DNA from: Okamejei kenojei
Taxonomy: Eukaryota
NCBI GenBank assembly: GCA_035221665.1
Contig: JAVHYY010000912.1
Location: 1 to 64,000 of the forward strand
Length of the DNA stretch: 64,000 nucleotides
Direction of reading: 5' to 3'
Positions 23,816 through 36,754 of this stretch are shown in pieces; position 1 is the first letter of the stretch; the number at the start of each line of letters is the position of its first letter. A model generated the notes under the pieces. That model had not been told where the DNA came from. It did not search any database and was given only the letters and a program-made list of their open reading frames with translations. A program made the translations under genes and the position numbers.

Positions 23816-24783
23816 CCAGACCACTACAGGAACTGGGATTGTCGGACCAAACTTTGACAGTTATTGGTGCATCATGGCGACATAGCACACAGAAACAATA
23901 TATGACACATATTAAGAAATGGGAAGATTTTTGCACACAGTCAAATATTTCTGATGAATCTGTGAATGTTACTCATGTTTTGGAATTCCTTGCCAATTTG
24001 CACTTTGGGCAACATTTAAGTTACAGTGCCATTAACACTGCACGCAGTGCCTTGTCGTCCTATTTAGGACTTATGATTGGTGAGAAGTCAATTGGGTCGC
24101 ATCCATTAATATCACGATTCATGAAAGGAATTTTTCACATGAATCCGCCAAAACCTAGATATACAGAGATTTGGGATGTGAGCATAGTACTTGCTCTACT
24201 TAGAGAATGGACGCCAATTGAAGGGTTGACATTGGATAGGTTAACATTGAAATTGGTCATGTTAATGGCACTGGTCTCAGCCCAAAGAGTGCAAACTTTA
24301 CAAATGTTGCGTTTAGACTGTATGCATGTGACTACAGATAACGTTGTATTCTATGTTTACGATCTGATCAAACAAAGTAGACCAGGGAGATCTGGAACAA
24401 AGGTAACCTTTCAAGCTTTTCATATTGAGCCTGCTTTGTGTGTGGTTAGACATTTGAACCAATATATTAAAGTTACGGACACTTTTCGAGGAAACGAAAA
24501 GACATTGCTGCTTACGCACAAAAAGCCACACACAAAAGCTTCAGTTCAAACTATCTCAAAATGGTTGAAACAGGTGTTGGTTTTAGCGGGAGTAGACACT
24601 GATGTCTTCAAATCTCACTCCACCAGGGCGGCAGCTACGTCCGCGGCGAAGGGGCGGGACGTACCTCTCGAGCATATTTTAAAAATCGCAGGGTGGAGTA
24701 AAGAAGAAACTTTTTCAAAGTTCTACAACAAACCTGTTCACACTATGACAAGCTTTGGACACGCGGTGTTGGGAGCACTATAA
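23812..24783 (+). CDS. DIRS tyrosine recombinase
   Basis: 323 aa open; AQRV, SHSTR, AGWS, FYNK (R-HxxR-W-Y catalytic set); true start uncertain. Confidence 0.92.
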   Translation: MTRPLQELGLSDQTLTVIGASWRHSTQKQYMTHIKKWEDFCTQSNISDESVNVTHVLEFLANLHFGQHLSYSAINTARSALSSYLGLMIGEKSIGSHPLISRFMKGIFHMNPPKPRYTEIWDVSIVLALLREWTPIEGLTLDRLTLKLVMLMALVSAQRVQTLQMLRLDCMHVTTDNVVFYVYDLIKQSRPGRSGTKVTFQAFHIEPALCVVRHLNQYIKVTDTFRGNEKTLLLTHKKPHTKASVQTISKWLKQVLVLAGVDTDVFKSHSTRAAATSAAKGRDVPLEHILKIAGWSKEETFSKFYNKPVHTMTSFGHAVLGAL

Positions 24784-26389
24784 TCACCTGCTTTGTTTGC
24801 TATTAATTGCTATAATCAGTTGTGTAGTCACTGATATCTTTTGTCACTTGTAATCATTTTTTCCCTCAAATATAAGGAGGGTATTATATGGTTTTTCAAC
24901 CATTAAAAAATTTAATTGTGAAAAAGATCTAACTTTTGTCTGCTTTCTCATGTATGTGTTTACTTAGCCGGACTGTCGTACGGATTAATTCTACGACATA
25001 AAAAACACAGAAAGCTTTAAAACTCTTCACGTAGTCACTCACGTGACTCCGAAGTAAAATAGTAAGATTAAACGAGAACTCACCTGTTCGAAGTTTGATC
25101 GTTATTTTACGAGGAGTTACGATGAGGGATTACGTGCCCTCCACTCCCACCCTCGTAAAATAAATGATCAAATGGTGGTTCTAAGTCTTTTTATGAGCCT
25201 TACTATGTTACTCCGGCTTTGGTGTTCTGTGTTTTTCATGCCGTTGCTTTGAAGTATGCCGTTACCAGCGTGAGGCGGGCTCTTCTTCACGTAATCCCTC
25301 ATCGTAAACTCCTCGTAAAATAACGATCAAACTTCGAACAGGTGAGTTCTCGTTTAATCTTACTATTAAATTAAATGGAACCAATCATGGTGTCAGGATT
25401 GGACACGGAGTGTTGGGTTCTCTATAATTGTTGCTTTGTTCATACCATCAAATTATATATATCAATTGCTATTTTGTGATAAACTTGCCTTTCAAATGGA
25501 AAGGGCATTACTTTTATTCTTTTATAATGTGAAATAATGTATCACATAACCTGAGGCAATGTTTGAAGGAAAAAATGTGTTATTTTGCTCATTACTGTGT
25601 TGAATGAGCCAGAGTGTCGTATGGAATGAGTCTACGACATAAACAACACAGAAAGCTTCAAAATCTTCACGTAGTCACTCACGTGACTCCGAAATAAAAT
25701 AGTAAGATTAAACGAGAACTTACCAGTTCGAAGTTTGATCATTATTTCACTCCCGACCCTCATAAAATAAATGATCATCTGGTAGTTCTAAATCTATGTT
25801 GAGCCTTACTATCTTACCCCGGCTATTATGTTCTGTGTTTTTCATGCCGCTGCTTTGAAGTATGCCGTTCCAGCGCCAGGCGGGTCTTCATCCCGTAATC
25901 CCTCATCGTTACTCCTCATAAAATAACGATCAAACTTCGAACTGGTATGTTCCCGTTTAATCTTACTATTTCATTCCGTAACTCACAGCGCGTTTTCTCC
26001 CACCATCATTTCGCTTTTAGTGCAGGGAGACCTTTGTTGCCGTTCTATCTCAGATCAGTACCAGGATAAGGTGAGCGTGAGCAGAATGCGGTGATGTTGT
26101 TTTTTAACTTCGTTCCCGGACTCTTGCAGGGCATTGTCGAGGCGACACCGTTTCCCAGACACCAGTAGTGGTAACAATGAGCGAAGTGGATGATGCCCAG
26201 TTGAACTGCAACTATACTGCTACAAGCACGAACAATCTTGTACTAATGTGGTACCGCCAGTATCCCGGCCGATCCCTCGAGTTTCTGCTGCTCAGAACGA
26301 ACTTCGAAGCCGCCCAGAAGAACAGTGCTGGAGAGCGTTTTTCTGCGGAGCTCAACCATTTGAGAGGAACAGCCCCGCTGACTGTGTCG

Positions 26390-26545
26390 TACACAACAAT
26401 CAACCAACAAACCTGCACGTCTTTGGAATTTGGGAAGAAACCGCAACTACGGAGAAAACCCACAAGGCCACAAGGGAAACGTACACACTACAGATAGGCA
26501 ACACCGGTAGTAAGGATCGAAACCGGGACTCTGGGGCTGTGGGAA
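26390..26545 (-). mobile_element. SINE-like repeat fragment truncating V10
   Basis: ACCTGCACGTCTTTGG...AAACCCAC...GTAAGGATCGAAACC; related copies at ~40500-40680 and ~56940-57120. Confidence 0.6.
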
Positions 26546-27266
26546 ATGGAAGGAAAGGAAATAACTCCCACCGATTTTACTGTTTGGGATAAATACTGCG
26601 CAACAATGACCGATCCACCGATGTCTTTTGTTGTACTTAGCACTTTGTCTTTTTGGACTACTATCGGGGTTATTGATTTATTGATTGTTGTGTGCCTTCT
26701 CCCACAGGCCTCTAATGCTGCTGCAAGTAACAATGCCTTTCATCCATTGTTGTTTAAACAGGCTTCACGGTCACCCTTGTGTCTCGATCCAAAGGTCTTC
26801 AGCGGGTATTTTCAGAATCTGCTCCCCTGCCCACTCGACCTTCAAATTCCAGGTCGCAGTTACTCACGACCTAATGGAAAGCATAATTTACACATATTGA
26901 ATAATAGCATGAACATCTTTTTATATTTATTCCTTCAAGCATATGATTGAGCGTGGACATCTTGTCGTCTTTCGCAATTGATAATTCAATGAAATACACA
27001 TAAAACGTTCACGTTTAATTTGACATATAACTTCAGAACGTTGAGCAAATCTCAAAGTGTTGGAGTAACTCATAGCGTCAGGCACCCTGGGCATGGGAAA
27101 GTGATGTTTCGGGTCGGGACAATTCTTCAGGGTCGGGTAGACCAAGTCGTCCAGGAATGGTGCCTGAACCGCTGTTATTTCAGCATTTGATGATTGGCTC
27201 AGGATTCCGGTATGTACAGTTCCTTGTTTCTTATCTTGTTTTCACGTCCTCCTCGTCCGCGGTATA

Positions 27267-27280
27267 GCGCCCTCCTGTGG
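27267..27280 (-). promoter_or_regulatory. Candidate CTCF site
   Basis: Minus strand CCACAGGAGGGCGC; identical motif at 36741-36754 in a paralogous block. Confidence 0.6.
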
Positions 27281-27984
27281 ATTATTTGGTAGCGCAATCT
27301 GACCTACTGGGTGCGAGACACAGGTGACAGGTGACGAGCGGTCGGCTGCACTACTTCCCCAGGAAGCGCATTTGAATTTGCAGTTCCACCTTATCCGAGG
27401 GAAACGCCAGCACAAACTGAGCGACGCTTTGATGTCCATCTCCTCTCTGTCCGCTACTGACACCCGGCGCTCCCGGTTGCTGTTTTAATACGTCTCTCCA
27501 TTCCCAAGCCAACCTGCAATTTCTTCGACTTCCTCCACTGCTAGCGTGAGGCCAAACGGAAAAAAGGAGGAACTTCACGTCACGTTCCTCTTTAGTAGTG
27601 TGCAGACAGACGGTATGGGCAATGGATTATATAATTATCGTTAGCCCTGCTCCATCGGGCCCTTTATCCAACCACTGGCACCCACTCATATAAATCCGTC
27701 TCGAAACACCCCGCTCCTTGTCACCCAACCTCCCCCACACCATCTGTCCAAATTCTGCACATTCCTTCCAATGGGTACCGCACCCTGATTATTCCCTCCT
27801 ACCCACCCTACGCAGATTTTCGCCCTTTTTCCACCTTCCTTTCTCATGTGATTAATTAACTGCAGCCCGGTTACCGCTACCAATCACGTCACAGCCTTTG
27901 TTATCTTCCCCCTCCCCCTCCCCTGGCTGATCCCACCCACCAATCCATCTCTTATCACTTCGATCCCCCAGTCGCAAGCTAAGC

Positions 27985-30900
27985 TTTATCATTGCAGTAT
28001 GTGGGAGGTCAGAGCACTGCTGGTGCCTCTGGCTGCTATAAAATGTGAGAAGTACGTCCAGATACAGCTCCTGAAGGACCGTGTTGGGGAATTGGAGAAG
28101 CAGGTGGATGACCACAGGTTCGTCCGAGAAACTGAGTCGTTCCTGGACAAGTCCTACAGTGAGATTGTTACACCTAAGGTACTAGAAGCGAAAAAGTGGG
28201 TGACGGTGAGAAAGTGAGGGAAACTTGGAATGCAAACGTCCCCGGGCGTTGTACCTATTGTGAGCAGGTTCACCCACTGAGAAGCTGTCGGGACAGAATA
28301 CATTAAAACACTGAGCGGCGAAATGGCTTGTGAAGCAAAAAGGGCTGTTGAGCCAAAACCAAAGAGGCCAACGTGAGGCAAGACCATTTATGTTGGAGAC
28401 TCCATTGTGAGAGGTGCGGACAGGGGTTTCTGCGGCAACAGACGGGATTCGAGGATGGTGTACTGCCTTCCTGCTGCCAGGATCCAGAATGGCACGGTGA
28501 AGGTGAACATCCGGAAGTGGTAGTGCATGTCGACACAAACGATGTCGGAAAGAAGTGAATGTATAGTCTGCAGCGTGACTTTAGAGAGCTCGGAAAAATG
28601 CTGAAAAGCAGGACCTCCAGAGTTGTTATCTCCGGTTTGCTTCCAGTTCCTCGTGCTGGCGAGAGCAGGAATAGAGATATACGGGTCCTGAATGTATGGC
28701 TGAGTAACTGGTGCAGGGGGCAGGGATTTAGATTCTTAGATCACTGGGATCTGTTTTGGAGTAAGAGGGAACTGTATAAAAGGGACGGAATGCATCTTAA
28801 CAGGTGGGGGACCAGCATTCTGGCAGGCAGGTTTGCCACTGCTACACGGGTGGCTTTAAACTGAATAAGGGGGGTGGTGTTTCAAATGGGATAGTCGAAG
28901 ATGGAGTTAAAGGGAAAGAGAGTAAAATGATGGTTAATGACCCCAGAATTAACGGGAAAGGAAGCTCACAAAGGGATAGAAGAGTATGGCCAAGTGTAAT
29001 AGGGATCGATGTGAAAGGTGAGATACGTAAGGAATTAAAAGTATTGTATATGAATGCGCGAAGTATAAGAAGTAAAGTAGATGAGCTTGAGAGTTAGAGG
29101 TTGGCAGATATGACATTGTGGGGATTACTGAGACGTGGCTGCAGGAGGATCGGGCCCGGGAACTTAATATTCAGGGTTATACATCCTATAGTAAGGACAG
29201 GTAGGTGGGCAGAGGAGGGGGGGTAGCTCTGCTGGTGAGGGATGGAATTCAGTCCCTTGTGAGGGAAGACATAGGGACTGACGAGGTAGAGTCACTGTGG
29301 ATTGAGTTGAGGAATTGTAAAGGCAAGAAGACACAAATTGGTGTTATTTACAGACCCCCCAAATAGTAGCCCGGATGTAGGGAGTAAGTTGCAGCACGAG
29401 TTAAAACTGGCATGTAACAAAGGTAATGCCACTGTGGTGATGGGGGATTTCAATATGCAGGTAAACTGGGAAAATCAGGTTGGTTCGGGACCCCAAGAAA
29501 GAGAGTTTGTAGAATGCCTCGGAGATGGATTCTTAGAGCAGCTTGTAATGGAGCCGACCAGTGAGTAGGCAATTCTGAATTTAGTGTTGTCCAATGAACC
29601 AGATATGATAAGAGAACTCGAGGTAAAGGAACCGCTTGGAGGTAGTGATCATAATATGATTAGTTTTAATCTGCAATTTGAGAAGGAGAACGTTAAATCG
29701 GAAGTGGCAGTGATGCAGTTGAACAAAGGGGACTGTGAAGGCATGAGAGGGGAGCTGGCCAAAGTAGACTGGAAAGGGATCCCAGCAAGAATGACGGTGG
29801 AACAGCAATGGCAGGAATTTCTGGGCATAATCCGGAAGACGCAGGATCATTTCATTCCAAAAAGGAAGAAAGATTATAAGGGGAGTAGGAGGCAACCGTG
29901 GCTAACAAGAGAAGTTAGGGATAGATAAATATTAAAAGAAAAGATGTATAACACAGCAAAGAGTATCGGAAGACGGAGGATTGGGAAACTTTCATAGGAC
30001 ATATGGGTCCCTTGCAGGCAGACACGGGTGAAATAATTATGGGTAACAAGGAAAAGGCAGAAGAGTTGAATAGGTACTTCGGATCTGTCTTCACTAAGGA
30101 GAACACAAACAATCTCCCAGATGTACTAGAGGACATAGGTAGAGGGGGGTAGAGGAACTGAAATAAATTTTCATTAGCGAGAAATAGTATTGGGTAGACT
30201 AATGGGACAGAAAGATGATAAATCCCCTGGGCCTGATGGTCTGCATCCCAGAGTCCTCAGATTAGATTAGATTATCCTTTATTGTCATTCAGACCTTTCG
30301 GGGTTCCAGGGAGGTGGCTCTAGAAATAGTGGACGCATTGGTGATCATTTTCCAATGTTCAATAGATTCAGGATCAGTTCCTGTGGATTGGAGGATAGCA
30401 AATGTTATCCCACTTTTCAAGAACGGAGCGAGAGAGAAAGCGGGGAATTACAGACCAGTTAGCCTGAGCTCGGTGGTGGGAAAGATGCTGGAGTCAATTA
30501 TTAAAGAGGTAATAATGGAGCATTTGGATAGCAGTAAAAGCATTTGTCCAAGTCAGCATGGATTTACGAAAGGGAAGTCATGCTTGACTAATCTTCTGGA
30601 ATTTTTGGAGAGTGCGACAAGTAAAATGGATGAAGGGGTGCCAGTGGATGTAGTCTATCTAGATTTACAGAACACCTTTGATAAGACCCCGCACGGGAGA
30701 CTGGTGGATAAAATTAGACCACTTGGTATTGGGGGTAGGGTGTTGACAAGGATAGAAAATTGGTTGGCAGACCGGAAGCAAAGAGTAGGAGTGAACGGGT
30801 CCTTTTCAGAATGGCAGGCAGTGGCGAGTGGAGTGCCGCAAGGCTCTGTGTCGGGGCCACAATTGTTTACCATATATATAATTGATTTGGAAGAGGGAAA

Positions 30901-31824
30901 TAGAAGCAAAACTAGCAAGTTTGCGGATGACACAAAGCTGGGTGGCAGTGTGAACTGTGAAGAGGATGTTAAGAGGTTGCAGGGGGACCGGGACAGGTTG
31001 AGTGAGTGGGTAGATGCGTGGCAGATGCAGTATAATATAGATACATGTGAGGCTATCCACTTTGGTGGCAAAAATAAGTCGGCAGTTTATTATCTCAATG
31101 GGGATAGGTTAGGTAAGGGGGATGTACAGCGAGATCTGGGTGTCCTTGTACACCAGTCAACTGAAAGTTGGCGTGCAGGTACAGCAGGCAGTGAAGAAAA
31201 CTAATGGAATGTTGGCCTTCATAACAAGAGGATTTCAGTATAGGAGTAAAGAGGTTCTTCTGCACTGGTATAGGGCTCTGGTGAGACCACATCTGGAGTA
31301 ATGTGTACAGTTTGGGTCTCGTAATTTGAGGAATGACATCCTTGTGATTGAGGCAGTAGGTTCACTAGATTGATCCCTGGGATGGCGGGACAGTCATATG
31401 GAGTTTAGTTTCTCCAGTTTCAGTAAAGTTTACAAGGATGAGGGGGGATCTTATAGAAACATATACAATTATGAAAGGACTGGCCAAGCTCTAATGTTGG
31501 GTGAGTCCAGAACCAGGGGCCACAGTCTTAGAATAAAGGGGAGGTCATTTAAGACTGAGCTGAGAAAAAACTTTTTTACTCAGAGAGTTGTGAATTTATG
31601 GAATTCCCTGCCACAGATGTCAGTGGAGGCCAACTCACTGGATGGATTTAAGAGAGAGTTGGATAGAGCTCTCGGGGCTAGTGGAGTCAAGGGATATGGG
31701 TAGAAGGCAGGCTCGGGTTATTGATAGTGGATGATCAGCCATGATCATATTGAATGGCGGTGCTGGCTCGAAGGGCCGAATGGCCTCCTCCTGCACATAT
31801 TTTATACGTTTCTATGTTTGTATG
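27985..31824 (+). mobile_element. Near full-length degenerate CR1 LINE (ORF1 SGNH esterase, ORF2 APE-RT)
   Basis: ORF1 GDSIVR, VVVHVDTND, DGMHLN; ORF2 YMNARS, GDFN, SDH, YRPVSL, GVPQGS, FADD; stops, frameshifts, deletions. Confidence 0.92.
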
Positions 31825-32694
31825 TTTTTATTGCGCTGGCATATTGAAGATAGATATCTCCCATCCACCCCTTCACTCCAGAGGAAGGATCTCGACCAGA
31901 AACTGTCTATTTCCTTCCACGGATGACGCCTGAACTGTCAGTAGTTTGGTTTATGTTTGCATTACAGATCGGTTCTACAGTAGAACGAAGATTGAATGTT
32001 TTGTTCCCTTGAGTAAACATTCTTTTTTCCAACTCGGCCTTCTGTTCTTACCACTAACAACATCAAGGAACTGAGCAAGTGACATTTCTTAAATAATGTA
32101 TTAATTCCGTGCCTTGGATTAACTTGAATGCAGAGACACTGGAAACTGCAGATGCTGGAACATTGAGCAAAACTCAAAGCACTGGAGGAAATCAACGGAC
32201 CGGGGAGGATCTTTCGAGGAATGTCTGACCCGTTGAATTACCCGACTGTTATGCATTGCATTCCTTTTTGTTTCACTGATTTCATTCACCCTTAGTTGAC
32301 ACCTTTTTATGGAAATGCCGTTTGCAAATATTCCCTTTTATGGATAGTTTAGTACGTTTAAGGTATGAGATTTGTTTGCCTTGGCATTTTCTTTGGTACC
32401 GACAGATCGAGGATCCCATTCCTGTGTAGTACATTTCTATGAACTATTTTCTATGCTGTTCAAGTCATAGTTTTGTGTGTTGAACGTTGGTTTTGCTCCA
32501 AAACATCTGCAGTTCCGCCGGTGATTTGTCATTGTGCATCATACGTAACGGATTTACATCGCGCTATTTCACCTTTCTACTTGTCAGCGTGGCATAAGGT
32601 CAGATATTCCGCTTTATAGATAAAGGTTATTAATTTTATGGGAAAGATGGGGAGAGAAGTGAGAGAATAAGGAATGTGGAATAAGCAGAGAGGG

Positions 32695-32697
<3 letters not shown>

Positions 32698-32739
<42 letters not shown>

Positions 32740-32742
32740 TGT
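32698..32742. repeat. (GT)n microsatellite
   Basis: Direct observation. Confidence 0.95.
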
Positions 32743-33152
32743 GTTTTGGGGGTGGGGCGGAGTTTGATAGTGATGAATGAAGGGAGATTGACGAAGAGTG
32801 AAAGGGGAAACTAGATGCATATAAATTTAGAGAGCGAGACTGTTGATAAGGACAAAGTTGATCAGCGCAATCGCTGATAAAGTCTTCGGGACTCATAGAG
32901 AGGGCTGCGAGTTTGATGACGAATACAACCATGAACACGATGGGGGGAGAGAGCAGATGTTTTGGATAGAAAGACGTATATCCTGAATACACGTTGAAGC
33001 CAGTGATAGCGAAAGAACGGCGGTAGCTGCAGACGGCGCAGAGGGCAAGATAAACCTAGTGGATATGGAATGAGTTTTCATGGCCGCAGGAAACCACAAA
33101 CAGCATGCGCGCTGCAAGCATATATGGGCTCAGAAAGCAAAGCAGAACCTGA

Positions 33153-33190
33153 TGTTTTTGTGGGATGATTTAACTGGTTTAATCACTGTG
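33153..33190 (-). other. RSS of V11 (22-nt spacer)
   Basis: Minus strand CACAGTG + 22 nt + ACAAAAACA. Confidence 0.85.
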
Positions 33191-33282
33191 CTCCTTAGAG
33201 CGCAGTAAGAAACTGCGGAGTCGCTCAGCTGCAGCCCCGAAAGGGTTAAGCTAGTGAATTTTGTTTCGGTGTGGAGCCGGGC

Positions 33283-34535
33283 ATAGAAACATAGGAACAT
33301 AGAAACATAGAAATTAGGTGCAGGAGCAGGCCATTCGGCCCTTCGAGCCTGCACCGCCATTCAATATGATCATGGCTGATCATTCAACTCAGTATCTTGT
33401 AACTGCCTTCTCTCCATACCCCCGATCCCTTCAGCCACAAGGGCCACATCCAACTCCCTCTTAAATATGGCCAACGAACTGGCCTCAACTACCTTCTGTG
33501 GCAGAGAATTCCACAGATTCACCACTCTCTGTGTGAAAAACGATTTTCTCATCTCGGTCCTAAAAGACTTCCCCCTTATCCTTAAACTGTGACCCCTTGT
33601 CCTGGACTTCACCAACATCGGGAACAATCTTCCTGCATCTAGCCTGTCCAACCACTTAAGAATTTTGTAAGTCTCTATGAGATCCCCCCCCCCCCCCAAT
33701 CTTCTAAATTCCAGCGAGTACAAGCCGAGTCTATCCAGTCTTTCTTCGTATGGAAGTCGTGCCATCCCAGGAATCAGTCTGGTGAAACTTCTCTGTATTC
33801 CCTCTATGGCACGAATGTCTTTCCTTAGATTAGGAGACCAAACCTGTACGCAATACTCCAGGTGTGACCTCACCAAGACCCTGTAAAACTGCAGTAGAAC
33901 CTCCCTGATTTTGTACTCAAAATCCTTTTACTATGAATGCCAACATACCATTCGCTTTCTTCACAGCCTGCTGCACCTGTATGACTACTTTCAATGACTA
34001 CTTTCAATGACCATGACACCCAGGTCTCGTTGCATCTCCCCTCTTCCTAATCGGTCACCATTCAAATAACAGTCTACTTTCCTTTTTTTCCACCAAAGTG
34101 GATAACCTCACATTTGTCCACATTATACTGCATCTGCCATGCATTTGCCCACTCACCCGGTCTATCCAAGTCATCCTGCACCGTCCTAGCATCCTCCTCA
34201 CAGCTAACACTGCCCCCCCAACTTCGTGTCATCCGCAAACTTCGAGATGTTGCATTTAATTCCCTCGTCCAAATCATTAATGTATATTGTAAATAGATGG
34301 GGTCCCAGCACTGAGCCTTGCGGCACCCCACTAGTCACTGCCTGCCATCCTGAAAATGACCCGTTCACTCCTACTCTTTGCTTCCTGTCTGCCAGCCAGT
34401 TGTCTATCCACATCAATACTGAACCACCAATACCGTGTGCTTTAAGTTTGTATACCAATCTCTTATGTGGGACTTTGTCGAAAGCCTTCTGAAAGTCCAG
34501 ATATAACACATTACACTGCTTCTCCGTTATCCACT
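33283..34535 (-). mobile_element. CR1 LINE inserted in V11 exon
   Basis: DFQKAFD, GVPQGS, FADD motifs; (ATAGAAAC)n tail at 33283. Confidence 0.92.
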
Positions 34536-35026
34536 GGATAAAAGCGAGCACGGGCAAAATCTGCTTTTCTCGCACTTCCCTTGTGAATCTTCCCACAGTA
34601 TGAACTCGGGTCCTGAGTCTGGAATATACCGGTACCAATATAAGATGTAATACAGCTCGGCGGTAGCAATGGTGCAGCTGAAATTCACCGACTCTCCTTC
34701 TTTCTGTGCAGAAGGCAGCGACTGTGTGACGGAATCTCCATGACTGGGATCATAAGACAATATGGATTCGGTTTGGTTTTATTATTGTAATACGTGATAC
34801 GCGGAAGTGTTTTGCATTACATGCTATCCAAACGGATCAGCTATTACAATACAAACAAACAATCAAATGAAACGCATGAGCAATAGGCAGGGCAAAGGGA
34901 AGATAGAGAATACAGATTATAGTCATTATTTAAGTTAAACAGTCCAATGTACAACGCCCAATGTTCACATTAGACAGAAATTAAATCGGACAGTACCCTA
35001 GCTTATGGAAATGAATGGCACAGTAA

Positions 35027-36090
35027 CCCAGGGTAAGGTTTTGACATGGACAGATAATTGGTTGGCATTCCGAAAATAAAGAGTAGGAATAAACTTGCCC
35101 CTATCTGAATGGCAGGCAGTGGTGAGTGGAGTGCCGCAAGGCTCGGTGCCAGAGCCGCGATTATTTGTAATATATATTAACGATTTAGACGATGGAATGA
35201 AAAGTAACACGAGCAAATTTGCAGATGGCGCTAAACTGGGTGGCAGTGTGAACTGCGAAGAGGATGCTAGGAAGTTGCAGGGTGACTCGGACAGATTCAG
35301 TTAGTGGGCAGGCGCATTGCATGTGCAGAATAATGTAGATAAATATGAGGTTCTCCACTTTGGCGCCAAGAACAAGGAGGCAGATTATTATCGCAATGGT
35401 GTCAGGTTAGGAAGAAAGGGAGTGCAACGATACCTGGGTGTCCCTGTACACCAGTCACTGAAAGTAAACTTGCAGATTCAGCAGCCGGAGAATATAGCTA
35501 ATGGCATGTTGGCCTTCATAACGAGAGGATTTGAGTATAGGAGTAAATTTCTACAGGGCCCTGGTGAGACCACATCCAGAGAATTGTGTGCAGTTTTGGT
35601 CTCCTAATTTGAGGAAGGACATCATTGCTATTGAGGCAGAGCAACAAAGGTTCACGGGGTTAATCCCCGGGATGGCGGCAGTGTAGGGAAGATTGGAAAG
35701 ACTAGAGGACTAGAGGGGATGTTATAGAAACATATAACACTATGAAAGGACTGGACAAGCTAGATGCAGGAAAAATGTTCTCAATGTTGGGGCAGTCCAG
35801 AACCATGGGCCACAGTCTAAAAATAAATGGAGGTAATTTAAAAATGATATGAGAAAAAAAACCGAGAGTTGTGAATTTGTGGAATTCTCTGCCACAGAAG
35901 GCAGCAGCGGCCAATTCACTGGATGAATATAACAGTGAGATAGTTGTGAGGCTAGCGGGATCAAAGGATATGGAGAGAAGGCAGGCACGAATGGCAGATT
36001 GTGGATGATCAGCCATGATCACAATGAATCGTGGTACTTGCTTGAAGAGCCTAATGGCCTCCTCCTGCATCTATTTTCTTGTATTCTATG
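35027..36090 (+). mobile_element. CR1 LINE fragment in V11 intron
   Basis: GVPQGS, KFADG motifs, CR1 3'UTR. Confidence 0.88.
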
Positions 36091-36740
36091 GTGGTGTAAC
36101 GCACAATACCCAAGATATATTTTTATATAGGCAACTTAGACTGGTTCCAGACGCCACTCCAAATGCATTCCCTTTCACATCTGAACTGTTGCTATTGTTT
36201 TACCTGTCAGGCATGCTCCACACACAATCCATATGGCGAAGTATCGCATTTTCCAATGAATTGTTTGGTAAATAACCTCCTCGATCGAGTGCTGTGGGGC
36301 TTTCGGGTTTGCTCGTATCTCCTGCTTGCGCTGAACTGGACTTTGAGGGCACCACAACGAGGAGTACACACTCAAGGTACTGTCGCCGGTGGACATGGCT
36401 AAGACTTCATTTACGGGCCTGTTCTGTCCTTATCCTGTTATATCACACCTTTTATCTTTACATCTCTCCCCTTTGTCCAACCAACTGGCAATCAAACCGA
36501 CCCAGAATCCACCAGACGCTTGACAGACATTGTGCCACCCCAACTCTCTTCCAGGTCCTCAACCACTATCTTTCTGAAGAGGGGTCCGACCGTAAACGTT
36601 GCCCATCCACAGATCTGATTCCCTGAGTTACTCCTGCACTTTGCGCAGTTTAGATTGTAAATAAGTATGTGCAGTTCTTTGTTTCAACATCTGCAGTTGA
36701 CTTTACTCCCCTATTTCATACACCCCCTGGCTACGGTTGA

Positions 36741-36754
36741 GCGCCCTCCTGTGG
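36741..36754 (-). promoter_or_regulatory. Candidate CTCF site ~490 bp upstream of V11 ATG
   Basis: CCACAGGAGGGCGC on the V sense strand. Confidence 0.6.

Larger units (their letters stand above)
20424..25367 (+). mobile_element. Inner full-length DIRS1-like tyrosine-recombinase retrotransposon
   Basis: Left ITR from 20426, ICR ~25025-25136, right ITR ~25256-25365; gag, RT/RH/MT and YR ORFs. Confidence 0.95.
16298..25971 (+). mobile_element. Outer DIRS1-like retrotransposon, internally degenerate
   Basis: Left terminus TTTTACTTCGGAGTCACGTG; internal complementary region ~25665-25747; right inverted terminus ~25862-25968; AT-rich remnants of pol/YR 17600-20420. Confidence 0.88.
15940..26389 (+). 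pseudogene. TCR V segment V10 (family B): leader 15940-15991, intron containing 9.7 kb of nested DIRS, V exon 26130-26389 truncated
   Basis: Intron homology to V8 stops at ~16298 and resumes at ~25969; V exon stops at TAPLTVS before the second Cys, no RSS. Confidence 0.88.
33191..36249 (-). pseudogene. TCR V segment V11 (family C): leader 36249-36204, V exon 34750-34536 plus 33282-33191
   Basis: Leader MRYFAIWIVCGACLT; acceptor AG>TG; frameshift; LINE inserted in FR3; ends DSAVSYCALRS. Confidence 0.9.

Noticed and set aside
23812-24783. Phage integrase / bacterial contamination or prophage
   Set aside because: It is the standard YR gene of a DIRS element with ITR/ICR, embedded in a vertebrate V intron
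25025-25968. Repeated palindromic units resembling a CRISPR array or ncRNA
   Set aside because: Explained by DIRS ICR and inverted terminal repeats
26700-26920. Possible minus-strand leader exon (MFMLLFNMCKLCFPLG + GTGAGT)
   Set aside because: No V-like exon follows the candidate acceptor; chance match not excluded
32636-33117. Hydrophobic ORFs downstream of the V11 RSS
   Set aside because: No recognisable homology or exon structure; runs into a microsatellite
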